Origin: an uncultured bacterium
Lineage (GTDB): Bacteria > Verrucomicrobiota > Verrucomicrobiia > Verrucomicrobiales > DEV007
Reading direction: 5' to 3'
Length of the DNA stretch: 64,000 nt
Assembly (NCBI GenBank): GCA_963977015.1
Contig: CAXBMO010000005.1
Span: 1-64,000 of the forward strand
Position 1 is the first letter of the stretch, and the number at the start of each line of letters is the position of its first letter. Shown in pieces: positions 45,904 to 55,585 of the stretch. A model generated the notes under the pieces. That model did no database searches. It worked only from the letters and a program-made list of their open reading frames with translations, and was not told where the DNA came from. The translations under genes and the position numbers were made by a program.

Positions 45904-47706
45904 ATGTCTATCGAACTCACCCGCAATTTCTCGATCATCGCCCATATCGACCATGGGAAGACGACGCTTTCCGATCGGTTGCTGGAGAAGACGCAGACGA
46001 TCACCCAACGACAAGCTCAGGATCAACTCCTGGATTCCATGGATTTGGAGCGGGAACGCGGGATCACGATCAAGTCGCACCCGGTAACGATGCATTACCC
46101 GTCAAAAAACGGGAAGACCTACAAATTGAACCTGTTGGATACGCCGGGACACGTGGATTTCTCCTATGAGGTGAGTCGAAGCTTGGCCGCGTGCGAAGGC
46201 GCCCTGCTCCTGATTGATGCGGCGCAAGGTGTTGAGGCTCAGACCATGGCGAATGTGAGCCTGGCACATCAACAGAATTTGACCGTGATTCCGGTGATCA
46301 ATAAGATCGATTTGCCGAGCGCGGACATCCCGAAAATCAATCAGCAGCTTGAGGATATTCTCCAGATTCCAGCGGAGGAGGCGATTCATGCGAGCGCGAA
46401 AATGGGAATCGGGATTGAGGACATTTTGGAGGCGGTGGTGGAACGGATTCCCGCGCCAGAGCAACCGGAGGATGATGTCCTGCGGGCCAGTGTGTTTGAC
46501 AGCGTTTATGATGGGTTTCGCGGCGTGATCAGTTATGTGCGGATTTTTTCCGGTTCGATGAAGCGGGGGAACGGGATCGTGATGATGAGCACGGAGAAGA
46601 AGTATGAGACGAAGGAGGTGGGGGTTTTCACGCCGAAAATGACGAAGCTGGACGAACTGGTGGCGGGCGATGTGGGCTACATCATCGCGAACATGAAGTC
46701 ACCCAGCGAAGTGAAGATTGGCGACACCATCACCGATTCCCAGAAGCCGGCCAGTAAGCCACTTCCGGGATTCAAAGAGATTCAGCCAATGGTGTTTAGC
46801 GGAATTTATCCCGTTAGTACTGATGATTTTGAGCAGATGAAGGGAGCAATGGGCAAGCTGCAGATCAATGACGCGGCGTTCACGTTCATGAGCGAAAGTT
46901 CGGCAGCCCTGGGATTCGGTTTTCGCTGCGGATTTCTCGGCTTGCTCCACATGGAGATCATTCAGGAGCGGTTGCGCCGCGAGTTCAACATGGATGTCAT
47001 CTCGACCTACCCGGGCGTGGTCTATGAGATCACAAAGACCGATGGCAGCGAGATTACGGTGGATAATCCCAGTTTCATGCCGGACCCGGCCGAGATTGAG
47101 GAAATTCGCGAACCCCTGGTGAAGGCCTTCATCATGGTGCCGAATGATTACATCGGGGAAGTCATGCAACTGGTGGCGGAAAAACGCGGCTGGATCGATC
47201 ACACGGAGAGCTTGGACGGAACCCGCGTGATGCTGACCTGCATGCTGCCGCTGAACGAGATTTTGGTCGACTTCAATGACAAACTGAAGAGTTCGACGCG
47301 AGGATACGGCTCGATGGACTACGAGCACGCCGGCTATGCACCGTCCAATCTGGTGAAGATGGATGTGTTGATCAATGCCGAGCCGGTGGATGCGTTTTCG
47401 ACCATCGTCCACCGCGACAAGGCGGAATTTCGCGGTCGCGACCTCTGCAAGCGATTGAAGGAAGTCATCCCGCGTCAATTGTTCCTCGTTCCGATTCAAG
47501 CGGCGATCGGTGGAAAGATCATTGCCCGGGAAAGTATCAAGGCGCTCCGGAAAAACGTCACGGCAAAGTGCTACGGCGGCGACATCTCGAGAAAGCGTAA
47601 GCTGTTGGAGAAGCAGAAGGAAGGAAAGAAGAAGATGAAGGCGATCGGGAAAGTCAATATTCCGCAAGAGGCGTTCATCCAGGTTCTGAAGAGTTCGACC
47701 GAGTGA
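45904..47706 (+). CDS. lepA: Translation elongation factor 4
   Basis: RNFSIIAHIDHGKTTLSDR, DTPGHVDF, NKID, GFRCGFLGLLH and KCYGGDISRKRKLLEKQKEGKK motifs. Confidence 0.99.
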   Translation: MSIELTRNFSIIAHIDHGKTTLSDRLLEKTQTITQRQAQDQLLDSMDLERERGITIKSHPVTMHYPSKNGKTYKLNLLDTPGHVDFSYEVSRSLAACEGALLLIDAAQGVEAQTMANVSLAHQQNLTVIPVINKIDLPSADIPKINQQLEDILQIPAEEAIHASAKMGIGIEDILEAVVERIPAPEQPEDDVLRASVFDSVYDGFRGVISYVRIFSGSMKRGNGIVMMSTEKKYETKEVGVFTPKMTKLDELVAGDVGYIIANMKSPSEVKIGDTITDSQKPASKPLPGFKEIQPMVFSGIYPVSTDDFEQMKGAMGKLQINDAAFTFMSESSAALGFGFRCGFLGLLHMEIIQERLRREFNMDVISTYPGVVYEITKTDGSEITVDNPSFMPDPAEIEEIREPLVKAFIMVPNDYIGEVMQLVAEKRGWIDHTESLDGTRVMLTCMLPLNEILVDFNDKLKSSTRGYGSMDYEHAGYAPSNLVKMDVLINAEPVDAFSTIVHRDKAEFRGRDLCKRLKEVIPRQLFLVPIQAAIGGKIIARESIKALRKNVTAKCYGGDISRKRKLLEKQKEGKKKMKAIGKVNIPQEAFIQVLKSSTE

Positions 47707-47812
47707 GAATCGGGCAAATGCGTCGTTGCAGATCGGGTGCGAATCGCTAGGTTCGGCGGCCATGGTCCCGACCACTTGGCTTGAATCCCTACCCCGGCCA
47801 ATCCGTCATTTG

Positions 47813-48940
47813 ATGGATTCCATGCTGAAACCCAAATACGTGAAGGAAGGCGAACTCCTGCTCAAGGGAGTGAAGCGGTTCGTCAATTATCGTCGCGATT
47901 TGCTGGAAAAGAGCTCGCCCGAGACGCTGGAGAAAATTGAGAGCCTGCGAGGCGACTTTGCCGCAGCCCTGAAAGCGCGGGATCGCGACAAAACCAAGGT
48001 CCTGGCCGAAGAGTTGACCGAAATTTGCGAAGGCGCGGGTTCTGATTATCGAAACTCCGCAATCGCTGAGAACATCGAGGTGATCTTTGTGGCCATCGCA
48101 ATCGCGCTCGGGATCCGCGCTTACATCGCCCAACCGTTCAAGATTCCCACAGGTTCGATGCAACCAACCCTGAACGGGATTGTCTCGCACCCAACCGAAA
48201 CACCGCCACCCAACGTGATTGTGCGGGTGATCGATTTTCTGCGATTGGGCAGGGCCTGGGAAAACGAGATTGCGAAAGAGGATGAGACGATTTCCGCTTT
48301 CAAGGAATACACAAAGGCCAAATTCTTCACGTGGACGGATGTGATCATGGAAAGCGGGCGCGTTTACACGGTGTTCGCCCCCAAGAAAAACGTGGAAGTC
48401 AGCTACGGGCAAAATCCTGACGGCACGTTTGGACTGTATCGCGGCAAATTCATTGCCAAGGGGGATCCGATCGCGCGGGGGCACATCGATACGGGCGATC
48501 AGGTAATCGTCGACAAAATGTCGTACCACTTTTTGGGGCCGCGCCGGGGCGAAGTCTTCGTGTTCACGACCAAGAATATTCGCATGATCAGCGTCGATCC
48601 TAACATGGGAAGTATCCACTACATCAAGCGGCTTGCGGGCGTTCCCGGCGATCACCTTCTGGTGAATGAGCCAGACCTTTTTGTGAATGGTGAACTGGCG
48701 AAAGAACGAGGATTCAAAAAAGTGATGAGCCGGGAGAACGGATATCGCGGTTATCAGAATGATCGCAGTGGCGACCCATGGGATCGCAACGTGCCGGAAG
48801 ATCGTTACGTCGCGCTGGGCGACAACAGTTTTAACAGCTACGACAGTCGGGGATGGGGGTTTGTCCCGGAGGAAAATTTGGTGGGTCGCGCGTTTGTGGT
48901 TTACTGGCCGTTCAATAGCCATTGGGGACTGATTCGCTAA
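47813..48940 (+). CDS. lepB: Signal peptidase I
   Basis: PFKIPTGSMQPTL (Ser), HYIKRL (Lys) and GDNSFNSYDSRGWG; follows lepA. Start uncertain (47762, 47813 or 47822). Confidence 0.95.
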   Translation: MDSMLKPKYVKEGELLLKGVKRFVNYRRDLLEKSSPETLEKIESLRGDFAAALKARDRDKTKVLAEELTEICEGAGSDYRNSAIAENIEVIFVAIAIALGIRAYIAQPFKIPTGSMQPTLNGIVSHPTETPPPNVIVRVIDFLRLGRAWENEIAKEDETISAFKEYTKAKFFTWTDVIMESGRVYTVFAPKKNVEVSYGQNPDGTFGLYRGKFIAKGDPIARGHIDTGDQVIVDKMSYHFLGPRRGEVFVFTTKNIRMISVDPNMGSIHYIKRLAGVPGDHLLVNEPDLFVNGELAKERGFKKVMSRENGYRGYQNDRSGDPWDRNVPEDRYVALGDNSFNSYDSRGWGFVPEENLVGRAFVVYWPFNSHWGLIR

Positions 48941-49028
48941 AATGTCAGGGTTTGAACGCAGGCGCGTGTCTTAACACTTGCGCCCTGACATTCCTTCAAC
49001 CACTTGTGCTGTGACTTTCGTCGCAAGC

Positions 49029-50099
49029 ATGAGAACTCCCCTCACAATTTTGCTTCTTCTGGTGAGCTTGACCTGCGCAGGCTGGGCCAAAACGTTCATT
49101 TACACGTCGTTGAGTGGCGACAATGCAATTGCCGTTCACCAACTGGACCCGAAGACCGGTGAACTGAGCTACATTGGCAAGGCCCAGGCCGACAGTAAAC
49201 CTGGAGCTTTGACGACCAGTTCCGACCACAAGTTTCTCTATGCCAGCTTGCGCGGATCCTCTGCGGTTGGCGTCTACGCAATCGACCCGGAATCGGGGGA
49301 ACTTTCCCATCAGCAAACCACCCCGCTTCCAGGGAATGCGTCGTACCTGTTTGTCGACCAAACCGGCCACTTCCTGCTCAGCGCCTACTATGCGGATGGC
49401 AGAATAGCCGTCAACAGAATCAGCGAAGATGGCAATGTGAAGGGCGACGACTTTCAGGTCATCGACAACGGGTTGAAGGCGCACTCGATTCGGGCCGACG
49501 CGAGCAACCGGTTTGTGTTTTGCCCCCACACCGGAGAGGTCAACAAGATCGACCAGTATTTATTCAACCCGGAAACGGGACGCCTTTCGCCCAACGACCC
49601 GCCAGTTGTTGCCCAACCCGCTGAGAATATCGGACCACGCCACTTTCAATTCCACCCCGATGGCGAGTGGGTTTACTTCGTGAACGAGCAAGGCGCCAGC
49701 GTGACGGGCTACGAGCTGAACAAGAAAAAGGGAACCCTTACTCCGTTGGAAACCGTTTCAACGCTTCCCAAAGACTTTGAAGGCAAGAATTCCTGCGCGG
49801 ATATCGAAATTCATCCGAGTGGCAAGTTTCTCTATGCCTCCAATCGTGGCCACGACAGCATCGCGTGTTTCGCCATCGATCCGGAGGGAGGTTCGTTGAT
49901 TCCCCTGGGTCAAGCCCCCACGGAGGCAACTCCTCGCAGCTTTGATTTGGATCCCAATGGACAATACCTGATCGCTGCAGGTCAGAAATCTGGAACCCAA
50001 GCCATTTATCGGATCGATCAAGAAACCGGCAAATTGACCAAACTCGCCGTCATGGAAATCGGAAACGGGCCTTCATGGGTTGAAGCCGTGAAATTTTGA
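49029..50099 (+). CDS. Lactonase family (6-phosphogluconolactonase-like), secreted
   Basis: AHSIRAD, GPRHFQFHP, ADIEIHPSGKFLYASNRGHDSI and TPRSF motifs; signal peptide. Confidence 0.93.
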   Translation: MRTPLTILLLLVSLTCAGWAKTFIYTSLSGDNAIAVHQLDPKTGELSYIGKAQADSKPGALTTSSDHKFLYASLRGSSAVGVYAIDPESGELSHQQTTPLPGNASYLFVDQTGHFLLSAYYADGRIAVNRISEDGNVKGDDFQVIDNGLKAHSIRADASNRFVFCPHTGEVNKIDQYLFNPETGRLSPNDPPVVAQPAENIGPRHFQFHPDGEWVYFVNEQGASVTGYELNKKKGTLTPLETVSTLPKDFEGKNSCADIEIHPSGKFLYASNRGHDSIACFAIDPEGGSLIPLGQAPTEATPRSFDLDPNGQYLIAAGQKSGTQAIYRIDQETGKLTKLAVMEIGNGPSWVEAVKF

Positions 50100-50119
50100 G
50101 CTTCGCTTCTCCTCTCCGA

Positions 50120-50743
50120 TCAGCGCGCAAGTGCGACTTTTACGCCCCCATCAAGACAGCTCTTGAGTTTGTGAAGCATATTTGGAAGGTCTTTCCTGAT
50201 GTTTTGGCGAACCAGCGATGGAGGGACAATGCCGCCGGGATCGACGTAAATTTGGTAGAGCACCACGGTTCCGCTCCCCAAACCTAGATCATTTGCGTCG
50301 ATGAGTTGCCAGTATCCTTCAAATTCGCGCAAATCGCCTTCAATCATCGTAAAATGGATATTTCGCTGGCGCGAGTAGTTCGCCTGATAGGTGTATCGAA
50401 CCGCCATTGGCAAAAACGACATTTTCACCTCGTGCGAAATGATCTGCATCTTGTTGGTGCGCTTGACCGATACTGACTTCCGCACATTGCGCAGATACCG
50501 GGGCATGGACTTCGCATTGGTGATGAGCTTCCAGACGTCCGCCGATGCGGCGTCGACGTGAATCGCTCCAGCCAAATGTCCTCCGCGACTCCGGGTTGCA
50601 GGATCAAACGTGACGACCTGCCCCTTCAAGAGTTCCTCAATCGCAGTTTTAGTCCAGGTAGGCTTTATTTTTGCTGATGAAGCCATCGCTGGTGTTGAAA
50701 AACCGACGAATGACAAAAAGAGAAAGAGGGCGACGCGGACCAT
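50120..50743 (-). CDS. SRPBCC/START (polyketide cyclase-like) family protein, exported
   Basis: IHVDAASADVWKLI, FTMIEGDLREFEGYWQL and VDPGGIVP motifs; signal peptide from ATG 50743. Confidence 0.85.
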   Translation of the reverse strand: MVRVALFLFLSFVGFSTPAMASSAKIKPTWTKTAIEELLKGQVVTFDPATRSRGGHLAGAIHVDAASADVWKLITNAKSMPRYLRNVRKSVSVKRTNKMQIISHEVKMSFLPMAVRYTYQANYSRQRNIHFTMIEGDLREFEGYWQLIDANDLGLGSGTVVLYQIYVDPGGIVPPSLVRQNIRKDLPNMLHKLKSCLDGGVKVALAR

Positions 50744-51010
50744 TGTATTTTTGATTGGAGGTTTTGGAGAACCAAGCGCTGACGCAAGATTCGCCACAAA
50801 CTTCCTTGTAATATTTACGATAATTTTAAATTTTGCGAATAGTTTTTGAAAAAGCTCAACCAAGCTGGCCTAATCAATTAAGATCCACGTAATTTAAATT
50901 ACCTTAAATATTTAGGGAATGGAATCTTTATTTTTGGAGTCCGCGCTCCATTGAGGATGCCCCAATTCGCCAACCAACAGATGGCGTTCCTGAACCCCGC
51001 CTTTGCTCCG

Positions 51011-52099
51011 CTACTTGGAAGCCGTCAGAAGGACATCCAGACTTACAAATTTGTCAGGCCCCCTCCGAACTTTCACGGGAACGGTGTCTCCAATTCTCCG
51101 CTTATCCAAGGCCTTGTAGAGATCTTCTGACCCTTGAATCTTTCGACCATCAACTTCGACCACGAGATCTCCAAGCTGCACTTGGCCCCTGTTATCCCGG
51201 GTCGTCCCCCGAATCCCGGCCTTTGCTGCGCCACTTCCCGGGACCACTTCCATCACCAAAACCCCATCAATCCCCTGGCGACGAAGAACCGCATCATTCG
51301 CAATTTCGATCCCCAAAACCGGCTTAATGACCCGCCCAAACTCGATCAGTTGCGGAACGATCCGGTTCACAACATTGACCGGCACGGCAAACCCAACGCC
51401 GGCATAGGCTCCGGAAGGGCTGAAAATCGCGGTATTCACCCCAATCACCCGCCCAGAACTGTCCAGCAACGGTCCACCGGAGTTCCCCGGATTGATCGCC
51501 GCATCGGTCTGAATCACATCTTCAATCGTCCGTTTGGTAACCGCTTCAATTTCGCGCCCCAATCCACTAATCACGCCGGTCGTGAGGGTCTGGTCCAAGC
51601 CGAACGGGTTTCCGATCGCAAAGACGCTTTGTCCAACGCGCAGATCGCTCGACGTCCCCACATGAATCGGACGCAACTTCTCTTTCGGGGCATCGATCTT
51701 GAGAACTGCCAGGTCCTTGTCAGGTTCAGCGCCAACGAGCTTCGCATTCCAAGTCGATTGATCACTTAAAATCACCTTCGCCGCGTTCGCGTCTTTGATG
51801 ACGTGATAATTGGTAACGACGTGCCCTTGCTGATCCCAAATGAATCCTGTTCCGGTCCCCGCTGGGATCTTGGTGAGGTTCAACGTAAAAAAGTCGCGCC
51901 GAACCGCAATGCTCTCGATGTGAACGACGGAGGGCGAGGTGGTCTCAAAAAGGTTAATTGTCGCGATCTCTGATGGATACAGATCGGCCCGCGGCGAAAT
52001 CTCCCGAGGTTGCCCCTGCCCCATCAACCAAAGTGTTCCCAGGAGGATGGCGGAGGAAAATCCCAGAACGGCGGCCCAATTTCGGCGAATGAGTTTCAT
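51011..52099 (-). CDS. HtrA/DegP-family trypsin-like serine protease with one PDZ domain
   Basis: VTNYHV, DLAVLK and IQTDAAINPGNSGGPL; N-terminal TM or signal segment. Confidence 0.95.
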   Translation of the reverse strand: MKLIRRNWAAVLGFSSAILLGTLWLMGQGQPREISPRADLYPSEIATINLFETTSPSVVHIESIAVRRDFFTLNLTKIPAGTGTGFIWDQQGHVVTNYHVIKDANAAKVILSDQSTWNAKLVGAEPDKDLAVLKIDAPKEKLRPIHVGTSSDLRVGQSVFAIGNPFGLDQTLTTGVISGLGREIEAVTKRTIEDVIQTDAAINPGNSGGPLLDSSGRVIGVNTAIFSPSGAYAGVGFAVPVNVVNRIVPQLIEFGRVIKPVLGIEIANDAVLRRQGIDGVLVMEVVPGSGAAKAGIRGTTRDNRGQVQLGDLVVEVDGRKIQGSEDLYKALDKRRIGDTVPVKVRRGPDKFVSLDVLLTASK

Positions 52100-52249
52100 G
52101 AAGTTCAAATCTGACGTTGTTGGACGTGTTCGCAATCGAACCTAGATCGATTTTTCGCAAGAAACCACGTCCAATATTCGTATGAACCTTTGACTGGCCA
52201 ACCTCGGTTTTCGTATCTATCCTAGTCGGTCGCCCCCAAACGTTCGCTT

Positions 52250-55200
52250 ATGGATCGCAATTTAAATCCAGGAGATTCGGACAAATTGTCCAAGTCCTTG
52301 CCTGATGAGGCGCTGGAATTACCGCCCAACCTGAAGGCTCGACTGGAGCGCTTTAGACGATCGGTTTGGACGGTGAAGCTCGCGGAGGGTATTCTCGCCG
52401 GAATATTCGGCCTCACACTGTCCTACCTTTTCGTCTTCGTTCTCGATCGGTTTTGGAACACTCCCTCGACCATACGCGCCTTCATTCTGGTCGCGGGCGC
52501 ATCGGGATTCGGCTTCTGGTTTCCCACCAAATGCCATCGCTGGGTTTGGGAACAACGCAACCTGGAACAAGCCGCACGATTGCTTCGCCACAAGTTCCGT
52601 CGGCTTGGTGACCAGCTTCTCGGCATCGTTGAACTCGCCAAACATAAGTCTGGCTCGGAAACGCTGATCAAGGCCGCGTTCCAGCAAGCGGACGAAAAAA
52701 TTGGCGATCGAGACTTTGCTCAAGCGGTGCCCAATCCCAATCATTGGAAATGGGCCGTTGCATCAGGATTGATTATCGGTGTGTCGATCGCGGCCATCGT
52801 CGCCGTGCCTAAGGCGGGAAAAAACGCGGGAGCCCGGTGGTTTCAACCTTGGAAAAAGACCGAGCGATATACCTTCGCCCAGCTCGACAACGTTCCCAAG
52901 AAAATGATTGTTCCCTACGCTGAACCCTTCGACATGAAGGTGAATCTCAGCGAAGAGAGCGACTGGAAGCCAGAAACCGGACGCGCCCGCTTTCTCGACC
53001 AGGAACCGGTTGAAGTTGCGCGTGAGGGCGAAGCGTTTTCCTTCTCGATCTCCGGGCGAAAAGAAATCGCAAATCTCAAGCTGGCGGTCGGGGATGACCG
53101 CGAAAGTGTCGAAATTCAGCCGACTCCCCGTCCGGAACTGACGTCCATCACCGCGACCGTTCGCTTGCCCGACTATTTGCGCTACAACTACGAGCCTTCG
53201 ATCGAGGTTCGCGATGGAACCATCTCGGTGTTGAAGGGAAGCGAAACGACGTTTCGGGCCGAGGCATCCCGCCCCCTCGCAATGGCAGAGATGAACGGCG
53301 ACACTCTAAACGTGCGTTCCAACAAGATGGAAACGGAGCCACTCTTTGTCTCAGAATCCCAACAGCACAGACTCACGTGGCGGGATGATTTGGGCTTGAC
53401 GGCCAAGGAGCCTCTTTCGCTTCGCATCAATGCAATTGAAGATGCGAAACCCAATGTCGTCGCGAAAATGGAGCATCGGGAACAGGTCGTTTTGGTCGAT
53501 GAAACCGTGCAATTTGACATTAAGGTCGACGACGACTTCGGAGTTCGCGAAACCGGCCTGATGTGGTCCGGCAGCCTCTTTCAACAAGGGAGAGATCCCC
53601 AGATGGGCGCAAAAGTGGTAGCGGCAGGTGCGCCGGAACGAAAAACGATCGAAACCACCGCAACTTTCAATCCCCAGCGCGAACGGGTAAAACCACAGAC
53701 GATTCAACTGGTCGCCTACGCTCAGGATTATCTGCCCGGTCGGGCACCTGCGCTCTCCCGCCCCTTCATTCTGCACATTCTCGGCACGGATCAACACGCC
53801 CTCTGGATCACGGATCAGATCGGGAAGTGGTTTCGCCAGGCCCAGGAAGTCTACGAACGCGAAAAACAACTTCACGCAGCCAACCAGGAGTTGCGCAGGC
53901 TCTCGGCAGAAGAACTCGACGAGGCAAAAACTCGCCAACGAATTCAGGCCCAGGCCCAGGCGGAAGCCAACAATGGAAAGCGACTTCAGAATCTGACCGA
54001 AGCTGGCAAAGAAATTGCTGAACAGGCGACTCGAAATCGCGACTTCGATGCGGAACGCCTTGAGAAATTTGCCGAAATGCTGGAGCAGCTTAAAAACATT
54101 GCCGAAAACCGGATGCCATCCGTTTCCGAGATGCTGAAAGATGCGGCGAGTGCTCCTCCACAACAACCCGATTCCCAAAAATCGGAACCCGGCAAACCTT
54201 CCGAGTCCGATCCTCAACTCGCTCAAAATGCTCCCAAACCCGGGGAACAAGGCGAAAACAAGCCCGGGGAGAGCCCCAAGGGTCCGCAGATGGAGAACAA
54301 GCCGGAGGACAATTGGCTCAAGCCTGTGGATCCCGATCCCAATGCTCCCAAGCCTCCATCCGGTGGTTCCGGCGGCCTTGGGCTTCCCTCCACCAGTCTG
54401 GGCGCTGTGCCCACGGAGAAAAAGGCTCCAGCGCCTTCGCCTGCTCAGGAAGCCACTGAAGACGCGGTCGTCGAGCAATCCGGTCTTCTGGAAGAGTTCG
54501 CCAAAATTTCCGACGAACTGAAGCAACTGCTGAGCAAGTTGGAGGGCAGCACGTTCGTGAAACGGCTCAAAGCTGCCTCGCGCGCTCAAATCTCCGTGGC
54601 GAGTGACCTCAACGAAACCCTCAATGGCGTCTTTGGGATGCCCGATCGCCAGGTTACGGACGATGTGCGCTCACGGGCGGAAGTCATCGCAGACCGCCAG
54701 ATTGAGCAAAGCGAAACCATCCATACGATCCAGCAGGATCTCCAAGCCTATTTCCATCGGAAGCAGGACCTTCGCTACAAGAAAATCCTCGATCAAATGC
54801 GCGAAACCAGCGTCGTTTCTGAAATTCGGGAGATTGGGGATGCAGTGCGCGTGAATCAAAACGGCCTTTCGATCGCAGCGGCAGAATATTGGGCTGATGC
54901 GCTGGATTGCTGGGCCGAGGAAATGGTTCCCGCCCCGGAGGCCGGCCAACCGGGTGGTCCGCCCCAGGATGCAGACAGCCTTCCTCCAGAGATTGTGCTG
55001 AAGGTGATGCAAGTCCTTCATGATGAAATCAAGCTCCGTGAAGAAACCCGAGAGTTGGAGAACGCGAAACCCGCGCTGGATTCCGACGACTATTCGGACC
55101 GGGCGGAAGGATTGACCGACACTCAGCGCGATCTCCGCGACCGCACGTACGGGGCTTTGCGAAGCATCGAGTCGCTCCCTTTCGGCCCTCGCCGCTTTGA

Positions 55201-55573
55201 AAAGCCGATCAAGCTGCTGACCGCTGTAGCAGAAGTCATGGGCGAAGCGCGCAACATTCTCGCCAAGCCCGACACCGGTGAAGAAGCGGTTGCCGCCCAG
55301 ACCGAAGCCATCGAGTTGCTGCTCCAGACTCGCCGCTCCGATCCCAATGGGGGCGGTGGTGGCGGAGGCGGAAGCCCTGGAGGAGGTGGCGCGGGAGGCG
55401 CCAGCACACGTTCGGCTCTGGCTGGGCTGGGGCCGGGTGCAGACGAAGGAACCAATGTCGAAGATCGCGATGTCGACCAGAGCACGGGCCGCGACGGCCG
55501 TAAGTTCCCCGAAGAATTTCGGTCTGGTCTTGATGCCTACTTTAACGAATTGGAACGCGGAGCCGGTAGTTAG
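52250..55573 (+). CDS. Large membrane-anchored coiled-coil protein (DUF4175-like)
   Basis: Three N-terminal TM helices, Ig-like beta region, long Q/E/A coiled coils, Pro/Gly linkers, C-terminal PEEFRSGLDAYFNEL. Confidence 0.8.
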   Translation: MDRNLNPGDSDKLSKSLPDEALELPPNLKARLERFRRSVWTVKLAEGILAGIFGLTLSYLFVFVLDRFWNTPSTIRAFILVAGASGFGFWFPTKCHRWVWEQRNLEQAARLLRHKFRRLGDQLLGIVELAKHKSGSETLIKAAFQQADEKIGDRDFAQAVPNPNHWKWAVASGLIIGVSIAAIVAVPKAGKNAGARWFQPWKKTERYTFAQLDNVPKKMIVPYAEPFDMKVNLSEESDWKPETGRARFLDQEPVEVAREGEAFSFSISGRKEIANLKLAVGDDRESVEIQPTPRPELTSITATVRLPDYLRYNYEPSIEVRDGTISVLKGSETTFRAEASRPLAMAEMNGDTLNVRSNKMETEPLFVSESQQHRLTWRDDLGLTAKEPLSLRINAIEDAKPNVVAKMEHREQVVLVDETVQFDIKVDDDFGVRETGLMWSGSLFQQGRDPQMGAKVVAAGAPERKTIETTATFNPQRERVKPQTIQLVAYAQDYLPGRAPALSRPFILHILGTDQHALWITDQIGKWFRQAQEVYEREKQLHAANQELRRLSAEELDEAKTRQRIQAQAQAEANNGKRLQNLTEAGKEIAEQATRNRDFDAERLEKFAEMLEQLKNIAENRMPSVSEMLKDAASAPPQQPDSQKSEPGKPSESDPQLAQNAPKPGEQGENKPGESPKGPQMENKPEDNWLKPVDPDPNAPKPPSGGSGGLGLPSTSLGAVPTEKKAPAPSPAQEATEDAVVEQSGLLEEFAKISDELKQLLSKLEGSTFVKRLKAASRAQISVASDLNETLNGVFGMPDRQVTDDVRSRAEVIADRQIEQSETIHTIQQDLQAYFHRKQDLRYKKILDQMRETSVVSEIREIGDAVRVNQNGLSIAAAEYWADALDCWAEEMVPAPEAGQPGGPPQDADSLPPEIVLKVMQVLHDEIKLREETRELENAKPALDSDDYSDRAEGLTDTQRDLRDRTYGALRSIESLPFGPRRFEKPIKLLTAVAEVMGEARNILAKPDTGEEAVAAQTEAIELLLQTRRSDPNGGGGGGGGSPGGGGAGGASTRSALAGLGPGADEGTNVEDRDVDQSTGRDGRKFPEEFRSGLDAYFNELERGAGS

Positions 55574-55585
55574 TCGTATTGCTGA

